Below, in pieces: positions 1 through 8,629 of a stretch of 64,000 nt of DNA. Origin of the DNA: an uncultured Verrucomicrobiae bacterium (GTDB lineage: Bacteria > Verrucomicrobiota > Verrucomicrobiia > Palsa-1439); the NCBI GenBank assembly GCA_963812605.1, contig CAWEWF010000014.1, forward strand, positions 605,003-669,002. Reading direction: 5' to 3'. Under the pieces are notes generated by a model. That model searched no databases, was not told the origin of the DNA, and saw nothing but the letters and a program-made list of their open reading frames with translations. The translations under genes were made by a program, and so were the position numbers. The number at the start of each line of letters is the position of its first letter. Position 1 is the stretch's first letter.

Positions 1-63
1 AGAGCGCTACCGCAACCGTGCGACCCCCGCTCGTTTTTCAAAGTCGGCTCCTACCCACGCGTC

Positions 64-967
64 ATGAAGCCATTGATTATTGGCACGCGGGGCAGTCCGC
101 TCGCTCTCGCGCAGGTGGAAATCATCCGCAGTCTGCTGCAAAACGCCAGTCCATCACTTCCTGTCGAAACGAAGACCATCAGCACCAGCGGTGATAATTT
201 TACAAACCTCTCCCTCACCGCCGGCGGCGGCAAGGGATTGTTCACGAAAGAGATTGAAGACCAGCTTCTCCGTAGCGAGATCCACATCGCGGTGCACAGC
301 CTGAAGGATTTGCCCACAATTCTGCCAGAGGGCCTGATGATTGGCGCCATTCCAATGCGCGAAGACGCGCACGACGTGTTTATCTCGAGGAACTTCGGAT
401 CAATCGAAGAGTTGCCGAACGGAGCCCGTGTAGCAACAAGCAGCATCCGCCGGCGTGCACAATTATTGGCCAAGCGGCCCGATCTGCAGGTCGAGGAAAT
501 CCGCGGCAATGTGGAAACGCGATTGCGCAAGCTTGAGGAGAACAGTTCGCTGGATGCGCTCATTCTCGCGGCGGCCGGACTACGTCGGCTTGGGCTCTGG
601 AAAACCTATGGCAGGCTCCATTGGCAACAAATCGATTTCGAGTGGATGATTCCAGCTGTGGGGCAGGGGGCCATCGCCTGTGAAGTTCGGGAGTCCGACA
701 CATTGACGCGCGAGATCATGGCCCGCATCAACGATGCTGACGCGTCCGCCTGTACAACTGCTGAACGCGTCTTCCTCCAGGCGCTGGGTGGCGGCTGTCA
801 GGTACCCTATGCAGCCTATGCGACGGTGGAAGGCGAACGCTTGCGAATGCTGGGCGCGACATTCGAGTCCATGACGGAAAGAACGTTCATCGAGCGGAGG
901 TCATCGGATCGAAGAGTGATCCGCGTGAGGTCGGCGAGCGGGCGGCCAGAGACAGGTTCTCGGATGA
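64..967 (+). CDS. hemC: Porphobilinogen deaminase (hydroxymethylbilane synthase); frame apparently broken near 868-873 and possibly again near 948
   Basis: The first ~270 aa of the 808-aa ORF carry HemC hallmarks (MKPLIIGTRGSPLALAQ, HSLKDLPT, PAVGQGAIA, ERVFLQALGGGCQVP). From 873 a HemC-like C-terminus (DGKNVHRAEVIGSKSDPREVGERAA) reads in a different frame. The ORF-track frame gives an R/S-rich stretch with no family resemblance. A TGA at 965-967 overlaps the ATG at 964. Confidence 0.8.
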
Positions 968-2490
968 AAACCAAAGGCAAAGTCTATCTGGTAGGCGCCG
1001 GGCCAGGCGACGTTGGGTTGATCACCGTGCGTGGCGTGGAATGCATCCGGGCGGCCGACGTGATTCTGTACGATAATCTTGTCAATACTTCGCTGCTTCG
1101 CGATGCGCGCGCGGATGCGGAATTGATTTTTGTCGGGAAGACGGCCAGGAAACACACCCTGACGCAGGATGAAATCAACGCGCTGCTTGTCGAGAAGGCC
1201 CGTGAAGGCAAAGTCGTCACACGCTTGAAAGGTGGCGATCCATTTGTTTTTGGTCGCGGCGGAGAAGAAGCCGAAGAACTACAAAAGGCCGGGCTCGAAT
1301 TTGAAATCGTGCCGGGCATCAGTTCCTCGATCGCCGCGCCGGCTTATGCGGGCATTCCCGTGACCCATCGGGGCGTGGCGACGGCATTCATGGTGATCAC
1401 GGGGCACGAGGATCCGACCAAGGAAGAAGCCGACGTGGATTGGGCAACCGTGGCGAAGTTTTTCGGAACACGCGTGATCTTGATGGGTGTGGAGCGGATC
1501 GGAACGATTGCCGATGAATTAATGCGACACGGTGCGCCATCGGAAACACCCGTCGCGATGGTGCGCTGGGGCACCACCGGGAAACAACAGACGATCCAGG
1601 GTACGCTGGCGACCATCGCCAGCGTCGCCACGAAGGCCGATTTCAAACCGCCGGCAGTCACCGTTATCGGTGAGGTGGCGCGGTTGCGCGAAAAACTGAA
1701 TTGGTTTGAGCGGCGACCGCTCTTTGGCAAGCGGATCGTCGTGACACGCAGCCGCGAGCAGGCCAGTGAGTTGGTGCGCCAGCTTACCGACCTCGGCGCT
1801 GACGTGCTGGAGATTCCGACGATTCGCATCCAGCCGCCAAAGAAAGTCGCGCCATTGCGCGAAGCAATCGCCGGCATCGGCGTCTATGATTGGCTGGTCT
1901 TTACGAGCCCCAACGGCGTGGACGCCTTCTTCCACGCGTTCTTCGCGCGCTACAAGGACATTCGCGGGATCGGCGCTGTGAAAATCGCGACTATCGGCGC
2001 GGTGACGGCCCAGAAAGTCGGCGAATTGCATCTCGAAGTGGACCTGCAACCCGAAGAGTTTACTACCGAAGCGCTGCTGGCGGAGTTCAAGAAGTCGGTG
2101 AGTTGCGAGAACCTGAAAATGCTTCTGCCGCGGGCCGATTTGGCCGACCAGCGGCTGGCGCGTGGCCTAGAAGATTTGGGCGCGATTGTCGATGATCTGG
2201 ATGCGTACCAGACCGTGCCCGATACGGAAGACCGCAACGGCCACCGGGCTCGGCTCCTCAGCGAAGGGGCTGATCTGGTGACATTCACGAGTTCATCGAC
2301 AGTGATTAATTTTTGCAATCTCCTGGATGTGCCCGGGTTATGTGCAAAATTTCCGCAACTGCGGTTTGCCAGCATTGGGCCACAAACGTCGCAGGCGGCG
2401 CGCGACAAAGGATTGGAGATCGCCGTGGAAGCAAAAGTGCATACGATCCCCGGTCTGGTGGACGCGATCATGGCGTTCATGGTGAAATAA
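964..2490 (+). CDS. cobA: Fused uroporphyrinogen-III C-methyltransferase / uroporphyrinogen-III synthase (CobA-HemD)
   Basis: MKTKGKVYLVGAGPGDVGLITVRG is a typical CobA/SUMT N-terminus, and LKGGDPFVFGRGGEE and VPGISS motifs follow. From ~1740 there is HemD-like sequence (RIVVTRSREQASELV, WLVFTSPNGV, VTFTSSSTV). Confidence 0.85.
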   Translation: MKTKGKVYLVGAGPGDVGLITVRGVECIRAADVILYDNLVNTSLLRDARADAELIFVGKTARKHTLTQDEINALLVEKAREGKVVTRLKGGDPFVFGRGGEEAEELQKAGLEFEIVPGISSSIAAPAYAGIPVTHRGVATAFMVITGHEDPTKEEADVDWATVAKFFGTRVILMGVERIGTIADELMRHGAPSETPVAMVRWGTTGKQQTIQGTLATIASVATKADFKPPAVTVIGEVARLREKLNWFERRPLFGKRIVVTRSREQASELVRQLTDLGADVLEIPTIRIQPPKKVAPLREAIAGIGVYDWLVFTSPNGVDAFFHAFFARYKDIRGIGAVKIATIGAVTAQKVGELHLEVDLQPEEFTTEALLAEFKKSVSCENLKMLLPRADLADQRLARGLEDLGAIVDDLDAYQTVPDTEDRNGHRARLLSEGADLVTFTSSSTVINFCNLLDVPGLCAKFPQLRFASIGPQTSQAARDKGLEIAVEAKVHTIPGLVDAIMAFMVK

Positions 2491-2717
2491 TGCTCGGCGC
2501 GATACCAATTATCGCCGACAACCGGATCCGCGTCGCGATGGAGCAGGGTGAATTTGACCACCTTGAAGGCGCAGGCCAACCGGTCCACGATCTCGATAGC
2601 CATTACGATCCCGACTGGTGGCTCAAGCGGAAATTGCAACGCGAGGAATTGACAGCCGATGACATGGCGGTGACACGGGAAAAGTTGAACCAGGTGCGGT
2701 CACAAAGGAATTCATGA
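2490..2717 (+). CDS. DUF1992 (DnaJC28-like) small protein
   Basis: The ATG at 2490 overlaps the upstream TAA (TAATG). The product MLGAIPIIADNRIRVAMEQGEFDHLEGAGQPV matches my recollection of the DUF1992 motif (IAExRIxxAxxxGxFDNLxGxGKP). The upstream part of ORF 2313..2717 overlaps cobA-hemD and is discarded. Confidence 0.6.
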   Translation: MLGAIPIIADNRIRVAMEQGEFDHLEGAGQPVHDLDSHYDPDWWLKRKLQREELTADDMAVTREKLNQVRSQRNS

Positions 2718-3061
2718 CCAAGGAAGAACATTACGACGACGGAATGGCGGAGTTCGCGATGGCAGAGTACGAGAAGGCCATCGCGTGTTATCGAAAGGCC
2801 GTGGAACTTGCCCCGGATTATTTCGACGCGTGGCATGCGCTCGGGATGGCCTACCTGCGCGCCAGCAAAATCCCCGAGGCCATCGAAGCCGGCAAGCGCG
2901 CGATCAAGATCAATCCAAACGACATGCTCGCGCACACCAGCCTCTCGATGTACTACATGAAGGCCGGCGACAAAGCCGCCGCCGAAAAAGAAAAAGGCCT
3001 GGCGACTGTGCTTTCATGGGGTGGAAAAATCGATCAACTGAAAGAACCGCCGAAACCCTAG
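2714..3061 (+). CDS. Small TPR-repeat protein
   Basis: Three TPR-like units (AEYEKAIACYRKAVELAPDY, DAWHALGMAYLRASKIPEAIEAGKRAIKINPND). ATGA overlap with the previous gene. Confidence 0.8.
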   Translation: MTKEEHYDDGMAEFAMAEYEKAIACYRKAVELAPDYFDAWHALGMAYLRASKIPEAIEAGKRAIKINPNDMLAHTSLSMYYMKAGDKAAAEKEKGLATVLSWGGKIDQLKEPPKP

Positions 3062-3067
3062 TGGCGC

Positions 3068-4171
3068 TTACTGGAACATGTATGACGGGAGGAAATACAG
3101 CTTCCCCGACTGCACCTTGAACTGATTCGGCGTCAATTGAATCTGAAGCTTCGTCTTGTCGTTCTTGCCCCATAACCGAAGCAGGTTGCGTATCGAAAAT
3201 GGTTCCGCGTAGCGAATGACCCGCGCCTTCTTGATCTTCGCCAAATCCTCGGCCTGATCGATGGCATCTTCAAAATAACCCACGCCATCCACAAAACCGG
3301 CCGCCAGCGCCTGCTTGCCCGAAAGAATCCGCCCGTCCGCCAACCCGTTCTTCAGGTCCTCCACTTTCATCTTCCGTTCCTCGGCCACAATGCCGACGAA
3401 TTTATCGTACACTTCCATGATCAACCCCTGCACCAGCGCCTTCTCGTCTTCCGTGGGTTCGCGCGCCGGATTCATGATGTCTTTATACTTGCCCGACTTG
3501 AAGGTATAAAACTTGATCCCGATCTTGTCCGCCAGGTCGCCGTACGTAAAGCTTTCCATGATCACCCCGATGCTGCCCGTGATGCTCAACTCGTTGGCCA
3601 TGATGTAGTCCGCGCCGACCGCGATGTAATACGCGCCCGAGGCCCCCACCGTGTCGATGCTCGCCACGATCGGCATGTCGGGCTTCTTATCGCGCGCCGC
3701 CACGACTGCCTGGTAGATCTCGTCCGACGCAACCACTTCGCCGCCCGGTGAATTGATCCGCAGGATCACCGCCTTCACATGCTTGTCATCGACGGCTTGC
3801 TGAAGCTGGTCTTCGATGTCCGTCACCATTCCGCCCTCGGTGGTGTCGCCGTCCTCCGACGAACTGATCACCCCCGTCACGTAGATCACCGCTATCTTGT
3901 CCTTCGCGTCTTCATCGCCATCCACAAACTGCTCCTCGTAACGGTTGCGTTGGTTCACGGCGAAGCTGGTCCCGTGGCTTTTGCCAAACAAGAAACCAAA
4001 CAACGCCAGGTTGGCCAGGACACTCAGGAAAAGAAAGAAAGTGATAAAGAGGGCGTAGATGATCCAGCCTGTCCGCCGACGCGGCGGCGCTGGGCTCTGG
4101 CTGACCGGATAAAGTGGGGGTGCATCCACAAACAGTACATTGCACAACGAATTCAACCGCCGCAAGTGCAA
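3068..4171 (-). CDS. sppA: Signal peptide peptidase SppA (36K type)
   Basis: N-terminal TM helix, then [18 protein letters not shown] and [29 protein letters not shown]. The codon at 4171 is TTG, so the start is uncertain. Confidence 0.85.
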   Translation of the reverse strand: MHLRRLNSLCNVLFVDAPPLYPVSQSPAPPRRRTGWIIYALFITFFLFLSVLANLALFGFLFGKSHGTSFAVNQRNRYEEQFVDGDEDAKDKIAVIYVTGVISSSEDGDTTEGGMVTDIEDQLQQAVDDKHVKAVILRINSPGGEVVASDEIYQAVVAARDKKPDMPIVASIDTVGASGAYYIAVGADYIMANELSITGSIGVIMESFTYGDLADKIGIKFYTFKSGKYKDIMNPAREPTEDEKALVQGLIMEVYDKFVGIVAEERKMKVEDLKNGLADGRILSGKQALAAGFVDGVGYFEDAIDQAEDLAKIKKARVIRYAEPFSIRNLLRLWGKNDKTKLQIQLTPNQFKVQSGKLYFLPSYMFQ

Positions 4172-4226
4172 AAGCGCGCCGTTTTTGACTTGGTCGCCGC
4201 GCGAAAGTGGCGTAGCTTATCGCGCC

Positions 4227-4799
4227 ATGTTGCTGGTCATCGACAACTACGACAGCTTCACCTACAACCTCGTGCAATACCTCGGCGAGTTGGGGGTGGA
4301 AATGAAAATCTTCCGCAATGACGAGATCACCATCGAACAGGTCCGCGCCATGAAACCGGCCAGAATTCTCATTTCCCCCGGCCCATGCTCCCCGCGCGAA
4401 TCGGGTCTCTCGAACGACATCATCAAGACCTTCGGCCCGACCATCCCCACCTTCGGCGTCTGCCTCGGCCACCAATGCATGGGCCACGTCTTCGGCGGTG
4501 AAGTCGTCCGCGCCGAGCGCCTCATGCACGGCAAAACCTCGCCCATCTACCACAACGGCCGTGACCTCTTCGCCGGCCTGCCCAACCCTTTCACCGCCAC
4601 GCGCTATCATTCCCTCCTCATCAAGCGCGACACCATCCCCGACACCTTGGAGATCACCGCCGAAACCAAACCCGAAGGCGAAATCATGGGCATCCGCCAC
4701 AAAACACACCCCATCTGGGGCGTCCAATTCCACCCCGAATCCATCCTCACCCAGGAAGGAAAGAAGATCCTCTCCAATTTCCTCAAACTCACCGCCTGA
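4227..4799 (+). CDS. trpG: Glutamine amidotransferase component II of anthranilate / aminodeoxychorismate synthase
   Basis: [30 protein letters not shown] (catalytic Cys) and GVQFHPES motifs. The ATG at 4227 is chosen because the longer ORF start at 4140 overlaps sppA. Confidence 0.85.
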   Translation: MLLVIDNYDSFTYNLVQYLGELGVEMKIFRNDEITIEQVRAMKPARILISPGPCSPRESGLSNDIIKTFGPTIPTFGVCLGHQCMGHVFGGEVVRAERLMHGKTSPIYHNGRDLFAGLPNPFTATRYHSLLIKRDTIPDTLEITAETKPEGEIMGIRHKTHPIWGVQFHPESILTQEGKKILSNFLKLTA

Positions 4800-4804
4800 G
4801 CCCT

Positions 4805-5075
4805 TAGTAGGTCGGGCGTCTCGCCCGCCATCTTCCGAGGTAGGGACGGCTGTCCCAGCCGTCCGCATCATCCTGTAGTCACAGGCCTCAGCCTGTGTTG
4901 TAGTCACGCCGCTCTGTCGGCGTGCTTTGTAATCTGTCATGTTTTTTGTAGGGCAGGGGCTGCGCCTGCCGTCGTTTCCTCGTTTTGCTGAAGCGGCGGT
5001 CTATGACCGCCGTCCTCCTGTGTAAGATTTCTTGTACAGCCTCGGCGACGGCCAATCGCCGACATCCCCGCAACG
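4805..5075. repeat. Cluster of at least 6 REP-like units (GTAG tetranucleotide plus GC-rich hairpin)
   Basis: Examples: GTAGGTCGGGCG-TCT-CGCCCGCC, GTAGGGACGGCTG-TCC-CAGCCGTCC, GTAGTCACAGGC..GCCTGTG, GTAGTCACGCCG..CGGCGTG, GTAGGGCAGG..CCTGCC, GGCGGTC-TAT-GACCGCC. Confidence 0.75.
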
Positions 5076-5168
5076 AGTTGACACCGGTAGCGTTTATGCA
5101 ACAGTGAAATGCAAGATGGTTCGTTCGTCAACCGAAGGAAACGTCATTTCAAGTCAAAGGGCGCAGCG

Positions 5169-5255
5169 ATGTTCACTATGCGAATGTCTATTCTGTTCCT
5201 GCTCCTGTCTTCCGCGCTTCTGCTAACCGGTTGCGCGACCCCGGATACCGGATGA
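5169..5255 (+). CDS. Possible 28-aa mini-lipoprotein ORF
   Basis: The ATG-initiated ORF MFTMRMSILFLLLSSALLLTGCATPDTG has an n-region, a hydrophobic core and the lipobox LLTGC, leaving only a 7-residue mature peptide. It is too short for the ORF track and has no other support. Confidence 0.25.
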   Translation: MFTMRMSILFLLLSSALLLTGCATPDTG

Positions 5256-5399
5256 AAAAGATGTCTTCTGGAGCGGATGGGTTCAGCCAACTTCCAAGCC
5301 GTTAGCCCCCCCATAAGACAAGGCAAATTCCTCCGCTCTTGTTAGCCCGGCGGCCTCGCCAAGGCAGAAGCCTTGGCGACGGCGCATTTCGCTGCTAAG

Positions 5400-6254
5400 A
5401 TGTGTTCTATGAGACGAAGCACAATTTGGACGGTTGCGGTGATCGCGGGCATCGGCCTTTTCGCCATCGTGGCCGGGCCGGTGATCGTTCACGGTGTCTT
5501 CCGGTATTACATGGTTCAGAAAATTCTGGGCCTCTTTCCGGACGAGCGGCAGCGCCTCGCCGTCTTGCCCCAAAAAAGGGCGCTCACGGCCCCTCCCTCC
5601 CTCCAACTCGTAAATCTCGGCTATGCCACGTTCGACATCGGAACGACCGGCTCAATCTATATTGCCGCCGTCGATGACGGCGCGGCGGTGGCCGTGACCA
5701 ATGACGATCTTGGAATTGAATTTATGCCTCCCTACTTGCCCGAAGGGCTAACGGATTCTTCGATATCGTCCGATATGATCGAAGCGGACGCGAAAGCTGG
5801 CTCTTCCCTCGCTCGCTATGTTGAAGTGGCGCGAACCAATGTCGTCGCCGCCGAGATCGAATTGGAAGACGCGCGTCTTCTTCCCATTTCGCAGATCGCC
5901 TTGATGTCGAGCGAGGATTTCCGTCTCTATGCCGTCAAACTCGTCCGCAAAGCCGGACTCTTTTGGGGGAGCAATGAGATCTGGTGGTTCATCACCCCGC
6001 GCGTCGAGGGAATCGTCCGCGTCGGGGAGGACCCCCATGATCGTCAGCGCGCCCAGGTGATCCTCACTTCGCTGGATGGAACACGGAACCTCGCGATACA
6101 GGCCATTTTGCCCCACGACTCCTCCAAGGACATCATGGTGGCGCTCGACCCAATCCTCGCTTCATTCCAGTTCACCATCGACAAGGTCAATGACCGTAAC
6201 CAAATCAGGCGGCTCATCCTGCAGGCGGGTATCTCCATGCGACTGGTCAACTAG
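5400..6254 (+). CDS. Hypothetical membrane-anchored protein
   Basis: Long ORF with one N-terminal TM helix (IWTVAVIAGIGLFAIVAGPVIV). No family recognised. The ORF-track start at 5373 is TTG; ATGs lie at 5400 and 5409. Confidence 0.6.
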   Translation: MCSMRRSTIWTVAVIAGIGLFAIVAGPVIVHGVFRYYMVQKILGLFPDERQRLAVLPQKRALTAPPSLQLVNLGYATFDIGTTGSIYIAAVDDGAAVAVTNDDLGIEFMPPYLPEGLTDSSISSDMIEADAKAGSSLARYVEVARTNVVAAEIELEDARLLPISQIALMSSEDFRLYAVKLVRKAGLFWGSNEIWWFITPRVEGIVRVGEDPHDRQRAQVILTSLDGTRNLAIQAILPHDSSKDIMVALDPILASFQFTIDKVNDRNQIRRLILQAGISMRLVN

Positions 6255-6326
6255 TCGCGCAGATCCGAAGCTCACGGACGCTGTGCGGCACTTGCCGATC
6301 GCGCTGCAAATCGCTAGGATACTCCC

Positions 6327-7796
6327 GTGGCGCGTTCGGAAGTCGGCAATCCATCGACATACTGGCTGACGCGGCTCTGCTTTCAACGGATGCTCGCCGC
6401 GATCTACCTGATCGCATTCCTCATCGCCGCAAATCAATATATCCCCCTGCTTGGCGAACACGGCCTGCTGCCCGTGCGCTTGTTCCTGCGGCACGCGACG
6501 TTTTGGGACGCGCCAAGTCTCTTCTGGCTGAACTGCTCCGACCGCCTCATCACGGCGGCGATCTGGTTCGGCATCGGACTGTCTGTCTCCGCCCTCACCG
6601 GCCTTTCGGAGCGATGGAACACGCTGCTTTCCGCGACAATCTGGGCATTGCTGTGGCTGCTGTACCTCTCACTGGTCAATGTCGGCCAGGTCTTCTACGG
6701 CTTTGGCTGGGAGGACATCCTGCTCGAGAGCGGTTTCCTCGCGATCTTTCTCGGCTCCTCGAACACGAAACCCCCGCGAATCGTATTGTATCTCCTGTTG
6801 TGGGTCTTGTTCCGCATCATCTTCGGCGCGGGCATGATTAAACTCCGCGGCGACTCCTGCTGGCGCGACCTCACCTGCCTCTACTACCACTACGAGACGC
6901 AACCCTTGCCCAATCCCCTGAGCTGGTACCTGCATCATCTACCGCATTGGTGGCTCAAGACCTGTGTGCTCTTCACCCATTTCGTCGAACTCATCGTCCC
7001 CTGGTTTCTCTTTGCGCCGTGGCGAAAAGTTCGCGCCCTCGCCGGCGTGTTGCTGGTGTACTTCCAGTTGACGCTGATCGTGAGCGGCAATCTATCCTGG
7101 CTCAACTACATCACCATCGCGCTCTGCATCCCGTGCTTCGACGACGCGCTCCTCGCCCGCATTGTCCGCCTTCGGCACATCGAACCAAGTGACTCGTCCC
7201 TTGCGCATCCCGTCGCCGTCTGGCTGTTGCTCGCGTTGGTGTTGCTATTGAGCGTTCAGCCCGCCATCAACCTATTCTCTCCCCACCAGGTGATGAACGC
7301 CAGCTTCGAGCCGTTCCACCTGGTCAATACTTACGGCGCGTTTGGCAGCATCACGCGCGACCGTTACGAAATCATCATCGAAGGCACCGACACCGCTACT
7401 CCCACCGACCTCACCTCGTGGCGCGAATACGAGTTCAAGGGCAAACCCGGCAACCCGCGGCGTCGCCCGTGCTTCGTCTCGCCCTACCACTGGAAACTCG
7501 ACTGGCAAATGTGGTTCGCTGCGATGTCAGACTATCGCGACCATCCCTGGATCCTGAACCTCGTCGCCAAACTTCTGGCAAACGACTCGCGCACGCTGGG
7601 CCTGCTCGCCAACAATCCGTTCCCCGGCACGCCGCCGAAGTTCGTCCGCGCCGAGTTGTACCTTTACCATTTCACCGACTCCCGCACCGACGGCGCATGG
7701 TGGAAACGCGAGCCCGTCGCCGCCTATCTCCCCCCACTCTCGCTCGACACCCCAAGCTTCCAGCGGATTCTCCAAGAGCAAGGTTGGTTGGAATGA
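6327..7796 (+). CDS. Lipase maturation factor (LMF1-like) family polytopic membrane protein
   Basis: AAIYLIAFLIAANQYIPLLGEHGLLP at the N-terminus. C-terminal FHLVNTYGAFGSITRDRYEIIIEG and YEFKGKPGNPRRRPCFVSPYHWKLDWQMWFAA match the LMF family as I recall it. GTG start. Confidence 0.75.
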   Translation: MARSEVGNPSTYWLTRLCFQRMLAAIYLIAFLIAANQYIPLLGEHGLLPVRLFLRHATFWDAPSLFWLNCSDRLITAAIWFGIGLSVSALTGLSERWNTLLSATIWALLWLLYLSLVNVGQVFYGFGWEDILLESGFLAIFLGSSNTKPPRIVLYLLLWVLFRIIFGAGMIKLRGDSCWRDLTCLYYHYETQPLPNPLSWYLHHLPHWWLKTCVLFTHFVELIVPWFLFAPWRKVRALAGVLLVYFQLTLIVSGNLSWLNYITIALCIPCFDDALLARIVRLRHIEPSDSSLAHPVAVWLLLALVLLLSVQPAINLFSPHQVMNASFEPFHLVNTYGAFGSITRDRYEIIIEGTDTATPTDLTSWREYEFKGKPGNPRRRPCFVSPYHWKLDWQMWFAAMSDYRDHPWILNLVAKLLANDSRTLGLLANNPFPGTPPKFVRAELYLYHFTDSRTDGAWWKREPVAAYLPPLSLDTPSFQRILQEQGWLE

Positions 7797-7958
7797 AAAA
7801 GTGTCGTATCTCGCAACTGAAAAAGGCTGGACAAAGCCGCCTGGCTCTGCTGTACTAACGGCGGTCTTTTGGGAAGCGCAGAAGCGAGTTTCGGGGTCGT
7901 TCCTGAGGTTGGTGACTTATGTCTCTTAAATCTCTCGGGTCAAACCCGCCGGCGTTTC

Positions 7959-7987
7959 GGCAGCATTGCGATGCTGCCTCTGTTTCC
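7959..7987 (+). terminator. Possible intrinsic terminator after the LMF-like gene
   Basis: GGCAGCAT-TGCG-ATGCTGCC hairpin followed by TCTGTTTCC. Confidence 0.35.
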
Positions 7988-8040
7988 ACCCTGCCATCAC
8001 GGATTCGCGTTTTTGGTTTCCGCTATGGTCAGAAACAGGT

Positions 8041-8625
8041 ATGAGAATAAAGCCACTACACGCGGTCTGCTTCTTGGCGGCTACACTTTTTACCACCGAC
8101 TTGGGCGCAACCGATGCAACGTTGCCCGATGAAACCGGACTGCGAATCGGACAACACGCGCCACCGTTCACACTCAACGACCAAAACGGAAAAGAAGTCT
8201 CGCTCGATGCGCTCCTCAAGAACGGCCCGGTCGCGCTGGTGTTCTTCCGCTCCGCCGACTGGTGCCTCGCTTGCGAATTCCAGTGGGTCAAACTCCAGGC
8301 GCACGTGAAGGAGATCGAAGCCTCAGGCGGGCAACTGGTCGGCATCAGCTATGATTCGGCCAAGACACTGAAATGCTTTGCCGACAAGCAGGCGATTGCG
8401 ATCCCGATCTTGTCGGATACCGGCAGCAAAACCATTGATGCCTACCACGTGCGCGACACGGATCCCGCGCGGGCTCGCAATGGCGTCGCGCGCCACGTCA
8501 TCTTTATCGTTGATCAGAAGGGCGTTGTTCGCTCCAAGCGGTTCGGGGTGATCTACGACGAACAATCCGGGGTGGATGCCCTGGTCAAAGCGTTGAAAGA
8601 CGCGCAGAACGTGAATGGGGGGTAA
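8041..8625 (+). CDS. Secreted thioredoxin-fold peroxiredoxin/redoxin (AhpC/TSA-Bcp-like)
   Basis: Signal peptide MRIKPLHAVCFLAATLF, then APPFTLNDQNGKEVSL..GPVALVFFRSADWCLACEFQ (CxxC) and GISYDS. Confidence 0.75.
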   Translation: MRIKPLHAVCFLAATLFTTDLGATDATLPDETGLRIGQHAPPFTLNDQNGKEVSLDALLKNGPVALVFFRSADWCLACEFQWVKLQAHVKEIEASGGQLVGISYDSAKTLKCFADKQAIAIPILSDTGSKTIDAYHVRDTDPARARNGVARHVIFIVDQKGVVRSKRFGVIYDEQSGVDALVKALKDAQNVNGG

Positions 8626-8629
8626 CACC

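Noticed and set aside
3912-4940. 342-aa ORF on the minus strand
   Set aside because: It is antisense to trpG, overlaps the 5' end of sppA (same strand, different frame) and runs into the REP cluster. It has biased G/A/D/V composition and no motif.
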